Positions 35,582 to 41,958 of a stretch of 41,958 nt of DNA are shown in pieces. Source of the stretch: an uncultured Planctomycetaceae bacterium (lineage in GTDB: Bacteria > Planctomycetota > Planctomycetia > Pirellulales > UBA1268). The translations under genes were made by a program, and so were the position numbers. The DNA lies in NCBI GenBank assembly GCA_903917235.1, contig CAIWZS010000033.1, forward strand, positions 1 through 41,958. Reading direction: 5' to 3'. A model generated the notes under the pieces. That model was given only the letters and a program-made list of their open reading frames with translations. It was not told where the DNA came from and ran no database searches. Positions within the stretch are counted from its first letter, which is position 1. Each line of letters starts with the position of its first letter.

Positions 35582-37933
35582 CTCGTCGTCCGGTTCGCGA
35601 TGGCGCTCGCCCTGCCGGCATCGGCAGGTCTCGCGGCCGAGCCCGACGGAGAGGCCATCTACCGGACGCACTGCGTGCGGTGCCACGGCCCGGACGGCCG
35701 CGGCACGGCCGAGGTGCCCGCACCGCTCGAGGGGGATCTGTCGGTCAACCAGCTCGCCGCCACGATCGCGGAGACGATGCCGGAGGACGCCCCCGGCCTC
35801 GTGACGGGCGACGCGGCACGGGCGGTGGCCGCGTACGTGCACGACTCCTTCTACTCCACGGTGGCCCGCGATCGCTCACGGCCGGCGCGGGTCGAACTCG
35901 CCCGGCTCACGGCGCGTCAGCACCGGACCGTCCTGGCCGATCTGATCGGAAGTTTCCGCGGCGCCGCCCCCGCGATCGACGCGCGTCGTGGGCTGCGGGC
36001 CGAGTACTACGAGGGCCGCGGCTTCGACCGTCGACTCCTCGTCATGGAGCGGATCGATCCCGTGGTCGACTTCGACTTCGGGGTCGAAGGACCGGACCCG
36101 GAGCGGTTCGAGCCCTCCCGCTTCGCGATCCGCTGGGCCGGCGCCATCGTGCCGCCGGAAACCGGTCTCTACGAGTTCGTCGTCGTCACCGAGCACTCCG
36201 CCAGGCTCGCGGTCGATCGGGCGTGGTACGAACCGCCGCTCGTCGATGCGTGGGTCGCATCGGGAGGCGAGCGGGAGCATCGGGCCACCCTCTTCCTGCT
36301 GGGCGGTCGGGCGTACCCGGTGCGACTCGAGTTCTCGAAGGCCAATCAGGGCGTCGACAGCCGGAAGCACGAGCATCCCACGCACGCGGCGATCGCACTG
36401 CTCTGGAAGCCGCCGCATGGCGTGCTCGAGCCGGTGCCGGAGCGCTGCCTGATTCCCCAGGATGCTCCGGAGACCTTCGTCGCCGCGACCCCGCTTCCGC
36501 CCGACGACACCTCGACGGGCTACGAACGGGGCACCAACGTCTCCAGGGAATGGTTCGCGGCCACCGCGGCGATCGCCGGCGAGACCACCGCCTACGTGCG
36601 GGACCACGTCGATCATCTGGCCCGTGTGAAGCGTGATGCTGCGGACCGGCGGGAGAAGCTCCGGCAATTCGCCTCGGCCTTCGCGGAACGTGCGTTCCGC
36701 AAGCCGCTCGCTGACGACGTGCGCTCGCGGTTCGTCGATCACCCGTTCGCGGACGCCACCGACGCGGACGTGGCCCTCGAGCGGGCGCTCCTCGGCATCC
36801 TCCAGTCGCCCCGCTTCCTGTTCCGCGAGGTCGATGGCGGCGGCGATCCGTTCGGCACCGCCGCACGGCTGTCGTTCGGGCTGTGGGACTCGATTCCCGA
36901 CCAGGCGCTCTGGCAGGCGGCCGCGGCAGGCCGGCTCGCCACCGCCGACGAGGTGAGGCGTCAGGCCGAACGCATGCTCGCGGACCGTCGCACGCGGGCG
37001 AAGCTCCGCGACGTGCTCTTCGTGTGGCTGAGGCTCACGCCGGCGCCCGAGGTGGCGAAGGATCCTGCGCACCATCCCGCGTTCACCGCCGAGATGGCCG
37101 CCGACCTGCGGGCCAGCCTCGACCTGTTCCTCGACGACGTGATCTGGAGCGGGACCGCCGACTGGCGTCGGTTGTTCACCGACCGCGCGGTGCCCGTGAA
37201 TCCCCGGCTGGCCGCCGCGCTCGGGGCGGCCGCGGATGCCAACGCGTTCCGGTCGGCGGATACGTTTCGCGCGCTGGTGCTCGACGAGGGACGCAGGGCC
37301 GGCCTCCTGTCACACCCCTACCTGATGAGCGTCCTCGCCCACCAGGAGGCGACCTCGCCGATCCATCGCGGCGTGTTCGTCGCCCGCACCCTGCTCGGAA
37401 ACGTCCTCAAGCCTCCGCAGGAGGCGATCGCCCCGCTCGCCCCCGATCGCCATCCGGGGCTCAGCACGCGCGAGCGCGTGACGCTCCAGACGAGCCCGGT
37501 CGCGTGTCGCACCTGCCACACGATGATCAATCCGCTCGGATTCGCGCTCGAGGAGTTCGACGCGATCGGCCGCCACCGCTCGGTCGAGTCGGTCGCGGGC
37601 TCCGAGCGGCCGATCGATGTGGCGGGCTCGTACCAGCCCAGGCAGGGCGCAGCGGCGGAGTTTCGCGGGGCCGCCGAACTCGGCACGTTCCTGGCCGACA
37701 GTGACGACGCACGAGAGGCGTTCGTGCGGGCGATCTTCCAGGGAATGGTCCGGCAGCCGGTCCGGGCGTGGGGCCCGGAGACCCTCGACCGTTTGTGCGG
37801 CTCGTTTCGGGATTCGGGGCACGACATTCGACGGCTTCTGGTCGATATCATGGTGGTGGCGGCCTACGACCCGACGCACACCTTCGCCATGGCGGAGGGT
37901 GCCGGTGAGGACTCGCCCGACCAGGACCGGTAG
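35540..37933 (+). CDS. DUF1592-family (planctomycete PSD) protein: signal peptide, cytochrome c, PA14, DUF1595/1592/1588/1585 domains
   Basis: HCVRCHG heme motif; PA14 (GLRAEYY..RIDPVVDFDFG..FAIRWAG); LQSPRFLFR; AARLSFGLWDSIPD; TSPIHRGVFV; CRTCHTMINPLGFALEEFDAIGRHR. Start uncertain (35489 in track; GTG 35540 has an AGGA SD). Confidence 0.88.
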   Translation: MRRTRIDRRRIPSGLVVRFAMALALPASAGLAAEPDGEAIYRTHCVRCHGPDGRGTAEVPAPLEGDLSVNQLAATIAETMPEDAPGLVTGDAARAVAAYVHDSFYSTVARDRSRPARVELARLTARQHRTVLADLIGSFRGAAPAIDARRGLRAEYYEGRGFDRRLLVMERIDPVVDFDFGVEGPDPERFEPSRFAIRWAGAIVPPETGLYEFVVVTEHSARLAVDRAWYEPPLVDAWVASGGEREHRATLFLLGGRAYPVRLEFSKANQGVDSRKHEHPTHAAIALLWKPPHGVLEPVPERCLIPQDAPETFVAATPLPPDDTSTGYERGTNVSREWFAATAAIAGETTAYVRDHVDHLARVKRDAADRREKLRQFASAFAERAFRKPLADDVRSRFVDHPFADATDADVALERALLGILQSPRFLFREVDGGGDPFGTAARLSFGLWDSIPDQALWQAAAAGRLATADEVRRQAERMLADRRTRAKLRDVLFVWLRLTPAPEVAKDPAHHPAFTAEMAADLRASLDLFLDDVIWSGTADWRRLFTDRAVPVNPRLAAALGAAADANAFRSADTFRALVLDEGRRAGLLSHPYLMSVLAHQEATSPIHRGVFVARTLLGNVLKPPQEAIAPLAPDRHPGLSTRERVTLQTSPVACRTCHTMINPLGFALEEFDAIGRHRSVESVAGSERPIDVAGSYQPRQGAAAEFRGAAELGTFLADSDDAREAFVRAIFQGMVRQPVRAWGPETLDRLCGSFRDSGHDIRRLLVDIMVVAAYDPTHTFAMAEGAGEDSPDQDR

Positions 37934-37981
37934 ACCAGGCGTCGGGACGGCCTCGTCCCACACGGAATCGGGAGCGACGCG

Positions 37982-39400
37982 ATGCGCGAAACGGATGGGC
38001 GTCGAATCGGCCGAAATGGTGCCGTTCGGAGCCGATGCGGCAGCGACAGGTTCTTCGGCGGGGCCGTCTCCCGGCGGGCGTTGCTCCGACGGCTCGGAGT
38101 CGGGTCGGCCGTGCTTCCGTGGCTCACGAACCTTCCGAGTCTGTCCGCCGCATCGGGCGATACGGGCGCGAGGCGACGCCTCGTGATCGTCTTCAGCCCG
38201 GACGGCGTCGTGAAGAAGTCGTTCTGGCCGGCTGCCGGCTCCCTGACGGCGGGAGCCGACGGGGCCGCGCCGGCGCCCCTTCCGGAGAGCCTCGCGGCGT
38301 TCGAGCCGTTCCGCGACCGCATCCTCACCCTCAAGGGTGTACACAATCGTGTCCGCGGCGACGGCGACGGACACATGCGGGGCATCGGGTGCCTGCTCAC
38401 GGGCATCGAGCTGCTGCCTGGCAACATCCAGGGCGGCAGCGACACGCCGGCGGGCTGGTCGAGCGGCTTGTCGATCGACCAGGAGGTTCGCGGCCACCTG
38501 CAGGCCGATGCCGCGACGGCCACGCGGTTCGGCTCGCTCGAATTCGGCGTGCTCGTTCCTGGCCGGGCCGACACATGGACCCGCATGGTGTATGCCGGGG
38601 CGAATCGTCCGGTGACTCCCGTGGACGATCCCTACCAGATGTTCCGCAAGCTCTATGGTGGGGCCCGCGACCGCGACAGCCTCCGCAGTGTGCTCGATCC
38701 GATCCGCGAGGATCTGGCCCGCGTCGCGGCGGCCGTGCCGTCGGAGGATCGCCGGCTTCTCGAGGAGCATGCCGCCCTCGTGCGCGAGTTCGAGCAGGAA
38801 CTCGCCGGGGCGACGGATCCTGTCGCCCATGCCGTGCCGGCACTCGAGCAGGGAGTCGTCATCGACAACGACCGGATGCCCCGCATCAGCCGCATGCAGA
38901 CCGAACTGCTCGTCGCCTCGCTCGCCGCGGACTTCACGCGCGTGGCCACGCTGCAGTACACGAACTCGGTGGGGCAGCCGAGGTTCACGTGGCTCGGCAT
39001 CCAGGAGGGGCAGCACGACCTCTCCCACGAACCCAACTCCAACGAGGCCGCCCAGGAGAAGCTCACCCGCATCAATGCCTGGTATGCCGGCGAGATCGCC
39101 CATCTCGCGAAGCGGCTGGCGGAGACCCCGGAGCCGGGGGGCGACGGCTCCCTGCTCGACCACACGACGATCGTCTGGACGAACGAACTGGGCGAGGGCA
39201 ACTCCCACTCGCACCGGGACATCCCGTGGCTGTTGCTCGGTGGCGGGCTCGGTTTCACGACCGGCCGTGCGGTGGACTGCGGCGACGTCGCCCACAACAG
39301 GCTGCTGCTCGCACTCGCCCACGCCATGGGCCACACGGGGCTCGAGCGGTTCGGCAACCCGGATCACTGCGGCGATGGACCGCTCACGGGACTGTCATGA
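37982..39400 (+). CDS. DUF1552 domain-containing protein (Tat-type signal)
   Basis: [10 protein letters not shown] twin-Arg motif; LVIVFSPDG; SIDQEV; SVLD; DFTRVATL; HDLSH; [20 protein letters not shown]; [10 protein letters not shown]. Confidence 0.9.
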   Translation: MRETDGRRIGRNGAVRSRCGSDRFFGGAVSRRALLRRLGVGSAVLPWLTNLPSLSAASGDTGARRRLVIVFSPDGVVKKSFWPAAGSLTAGADGAAPAPLPESLAAFEPFRDRILTLKGVHNRVRGDGDGHMRGIGCLLTGIELLPGNIQGGSDTPAGWSSGLSIDQEVRGHLQADAATATRFGSLEFGVLVPGRADTWTRMVYAGANRPVTPVDDPYQMFRKLYGGARDRDSLRSVLDPIREDLARVAAAVPSEDRRLLEEHAALVREFEQELAGATDPVAHAVPALEQGVVIDNDRMPRISRMQTELLVASLAADFTRVATLQYTNSVGQPRFTWLGIQEGQHDLSHEPNSNEAAQEKLTRINAWYAGEIAHLAKRLAETPEPGGDGSLLDHTTIVWTNELGEGNSHSHRDIPWLLLGGGLGFTTGRAVDCGDVAHNRLLLALAHAMGHTGLERFGNPDHCGDGPLTGLS

Positions 39401-39453
39401 GCGATTCCTGTGACGTGCGGCGGATGGCTCAGCCCGCGAAAGGAGATCACCCC

Positions 39454-39846
39454 ATGTTCGGTTCATCATGCCTCGGCCGTCGTCTCAGCCTTTCGATCGC
39501 GCTGGTTGTGGCGATGGCTTCGGGCGCCCGAGCGAGTGGCACGATGGGCCTGCCGATCGCGCAGGTGAGCCTCACGGAGCTTCAGGCGACGCAGCAGGCG
39601 CGGCAGCAGATGGAAGGCAACGCAGCCGGAGCGGCGGCGGGTGCGCGGCCGCAGATGAATCCGGACAATGCCGTCCCGGCACCCGCGGACGGAGGCGATG
39701 CGACGCCCAACGCCGTCGGGGCTGAGAGTGGCGGGGGCGGGATCCTGAAGTACCTTCCAGCCTACGTTCTGATCGTGCTCTGTACCGGTCTCGGCATCGC
39801 GGCCGTCGGTCGGCCCGTCCGGAGGCTGCCGCCCGACGGCACCTGA
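39454..39846 (+). CDS. Small exported/membrane protein (signal peptide, Q/A/G-rich linker, C-terminal TM plus basic tail)
   Basis: AAAGGAG RBS before ATG 39454; ends ILKYLPAYVLIVLCTGLGIAAVGRPVRRLPPDGT. Confidence 0.75.
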   Translation: MFGSSCLGRRLSLSIALVVAMASGARASGTMGLPIAQVSLTELQATQQARQQMEGNAAGAAAGARPQMNPDNAVPAPADGGDATPNAVGAESGGGGILKYLPAYVLIVLCTGLGIAAVGRPVRRLPPDGT

Positions 39847-39870
39847 TGCCGCCGGGCGCGGCCCCGGCAG

Positions 39871-41328
39871 TTATTCGAGTTCGGGGAGCATCTCCTCAGC
39901 GAAGGCCGCCTCACGCAGTTTTTCGAGTGCCTTGGCCTCGATCTGCCGCACCCGCTCCTTGGTCACGCCCAGAGCCGACCCGACCTCCTTGAGTGTCTGG
40001 GGCTCGTGCTCGTGGTCCAGGCCGTAGCGACGGATGATGATGGTCTGCTCCCGCTGATCGAGGCGGTCGAGGAACTTGCCGACCTGTGCAAGCCGGTCAC
40101 TGGCCGCGAGCCGCTGCTGGTACTCGTCCGCCCTCCGGTCCGCCGCGGCCTGCAGCATCTCCGTGTCGGCGGCCCGGAAGCGGTCCCGACGACGGTGCTC
40201 GTCCGGGATCGTCCGGGCGAAGTTCTTCATGATCGCCCACGAGGCGTAGGTGCTGAACTTGTTGCCTCGGGCGTAGTCGAACTTCTCCACCGCGCGGATG
40301 AGCGACATGTTCCCGTCGCTGACGAGATCGAAGAAGCTGTCGCCCGGCGACACTCGTCGCTTCGCGATGGATACCACCAGCCGCAGGTTCGCACGCACGA
40401 TCCGGTTTTTCAGCTCGACGATCTCCTCGTACAGACGATCGATCTGATCCATCAGCCGGGTGCTCGGTCGCTCGGGGTCGAGCTGCTCCCGAAGCGTGAA
40501 CGCCCGGTATTTGAGGTAATTGAACCTCCGGAACAGCCAGACCTCCTGCTCCCTCGTCAGGAGCGGCACCTCGTAGAGGCTCGCGAGATACGCAGGCAGG
40601 CCGCTCGGCCGTCGCACCCGCTTCGCGTCGGTCTCTCCAGGGAACGGCTGGTTCACCACCTTCTCCGCGCTCGAGCGGGCGAAGAGGGCGTTGGGGATGA
40701 AGTCGAGCGGGAGGGCGGCGATCTGCACCGCGCGTTGCGAGAGGATCACCCGGTAGATGCTCGCCTTCGAGCGGTTGTAGCGACGGGCGATCGACTCGAC
40801 CGACTCGCCGCGGACGTGGTGCTGGTAGATCCGGGCGCAGCTTTCCGGGCGCAGCCGACCGTCCGCCGCCGGAAAGACGGCGTCGCCAGGATGCTCCTGG
40901 TCGTGCCGCTTGATCGTGTACCGCACGGTCTCCACGCTGCGGTCAAGCCGCCGCGCGATGCGGCGATGCACGTCAGCCGGGCACGCCCCTGCCATGGCCA
41001 GCCGGCGGGCCCAGGTGATGATCTTGTCGTGCTCCTCGTCGGAGAGCTGGCTGAATCGGCTCCCGCGCTCGATGCGGAGCGGGTTGTCCCGGATGAATCG
41101 CTCGACCGCGGAGGCGAGGAAGCCGACCCGCCGGCGTCCGCCGACCGTGAATCGCTGCGCCACCAGGCCGTGGTCCCGCCAGCGCGAGATCGTCTTGGTC
41201 GAGACGTTGAATCGGCGGGCAAGCTCCTCGATCGACAAAACCTCGTCCGCCCGGGTGGGCTGCTCGAACCCGTCGAAGAGGCGCACCGAATCGACGCGGG
41301 CCGCGTCGGAAGTCGTATTCGCACGCAT
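39871..41328 (-). CDS. Sigma70-family RNA polymerase sigma factor with multiple N-terminal HTH modules (485 aa)
   Basis: AGGAGG RBS before ATG 41328. Region 1.2 YLASLYEVPLLTREQE; region 2 ANLRLVVSIAKR..DLVSDGNMSLIRAVEKFDY.RG.KFSTYASWAI; region 4 TLKEVGSALGVTKERVRQIEAKALEKLR. N-terminal LSIEELARRFNVSTKTISRW and two further HTH-like segments. Confidence 0.92.
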   Translation of the reverse strand: MRANTTSDAARVDSVRLFDGFEQPTRADEVLSIEELARRFNVSTKTISRWRDHGLVAQRFTVGGRRRVGFLASAVERFIRDNPLRIERGSRFSQLSDEEHDKIITWARRLAMAGACPADVHRRIARRLDRSVETVRYTIKRHDQEHPGDAVFPAADGRLRPESCARIYQHHVRGESVESIARRYNRSKASIYRVILSQRAVQIAALPLDFIPNALFARSSAEKVVNQPFPGETDAKRVRRPSGLPAYLASLYEVPLLTREQEVWLFRRFNYLKYRAFTLREQLDPERPSTRLMDQIDRLYEEIVELKNRIVRANLRLVVSIAKRRVSPGDSFFDLVSDGNMSLIRAVEKFDYARGNKFSTYASWAIMKNFARTIPDEHRRRDRFRAADTEMLQAAADRRADEYQQRLAASDRLAQVGKFLDRLDQREQTIIIRRYGLDHEHEPQTLKEVGSALGVTKERVRQIEAKALEKLREAAFAEEMLPELE

Positions 41329-41845
41329 GGGATACCTCCTGTTCCGGCGAGTCCCTGCCGGAAAACCGCTGTACCGGTCCTCACCACCATCGTCCGACGG
41401 GACACACGATCCCGTCGGCCGCGCGGCCTGCGACCATTCCACACGTCGCCCAGGGGCTCCCGGGCAGTCAGCCGGAGAGAGCCCCTGCGACGTGCATCGG
41501 GGGATGTCCATTCCCCCACCAGCCATGTCGAAGTCGCGAAAGTTATACGCCTGAGGTGGAGAAAAGTTCACCTGGCGATCCCGGTCTTGAATTTTTTCCC
41601 GGCGTTCCGGACGACCCTTCCCGACGGCACGGCTCGCAACCTCTTGACGCCCGTGCAGTTGCGTCACCCCGGTCGGCCGATCGCCCGGGCGAGAGCCGGT
41701 CGTGGGCAGGTGGGCAGCGTCAAGGCTGGCCTCCTTGGACACCTGGTACCCGGAGGGATTCCGGGCCTCGCGAAGGCCCTGATGCCGGCGTGAGGCATCC
41801 CTGCTTGCCGGACCGGCCCTCTCGTCGCGGTCGCCCTTCCTTGCC

Positions 41846-41874
41846 TTGACGCCCCCGGGTGACGATGGGATCAT
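41846..41874 (+). promoter_or_regulatory. Candidate sigma70 promoter pointing out of the right edge (divergent from the sigma gene)
   Basis: TTGACG (41846-41851) - 17 nt - GATCAT (41869-41874). Confidence 0.4.
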
Positions 41875-41958
41875 CCGTTGTGTCTGGAGAGAGGCCCGGA
41901 TCTTGACCGGCCCTCACCCGATTCCCCGCCCCGCTGATGGGTGCAGCCCGGGCTGCGC

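Noticed and set aside
41329-41874. 182-aa N-terminal extension of the sigma ORF in the track
   Set aside because: Low-complexity translation of an AT-patched, hairpin-rich spacer; a perfect AGGAGG SD precedes ATG 41328.
41846-41958. 6S RNA, SRP RNA, tmRNA or RNase P RNA at the right edge
   Set aside because: No conserved signature of these RNAs recognised in the available bases; the sequence is truncated, so only an Rfam search on the extended region would settle it.
1-41958. Mobile element, prophage or defence island
   Set aside because: No integrase, transposase, terminal repeats, tRNA attachment site, GC-shifted block or defence-domain motif seen; the content looks like core and lineage-specific chromosome.

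Overview
GC-rich (roughly 70% by eye) chromosomal segment of a Planctomycetota bacterium, probably class Planctomycetia; it carries the PVC-superphylum signature small basic protein, a DUF1592/DUF1552 pair and a planctomycete-type multi-HTH sigma factor. I support 34 real CDS, including a 5'-part acs at the left edge and a 56-aa ORF missing from the ORF track; most other track ORFs are GC-rich shadow frames. I found no rRNA, tRNA, CRISPR array, transposase, integrase or phage gene. Order: acs, pfkA, a five-gene glycosylation block (ALG5-like GT2, SAM methyltransferase, GT-C-like membrane protein, TMTC-like TPR protein, DPM1-like GT2), trxB, DUF2256, TIM barrel, EEP hydrolase, sigma54 activator, acyl-CoA ligase/dehydrogenase fusion, putative DNA-binding protein, EF-hand protein, sppA, second TIM barrel, TPR protein, hemG, PVC signature protein/kinase/small protein/CopD-like cluster, tadA, NarL-type regulator, hemC, ComF, LptF/G, fliW-csrA-PPIase, DUF1592-DUF1552-small membrane protein, multi-HTH sigma70, and a hairpin-rich 630-nt non-coding end. 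Best leads: (1) a cluster of GGA/CACCAGGA CsrA-type sites just downstream of the fliW-csrA-PPIase genes; (2) a candidate lipid-linked protein O-glycosylation module with a TMTC-like enzyme; (3) a kinase with a tyrosine-kinase-like catalytic loop (HRDICPRN) beside the PVC signature protein; (4) a near-consensus promoter with an 11-bp-period operator-like array ahead of an uncharacterised putative DNA-binding protein; (5) a sigma70 with three extra HTH-like modules. All family assignments come from motif recognition by eye; no database searches were run.
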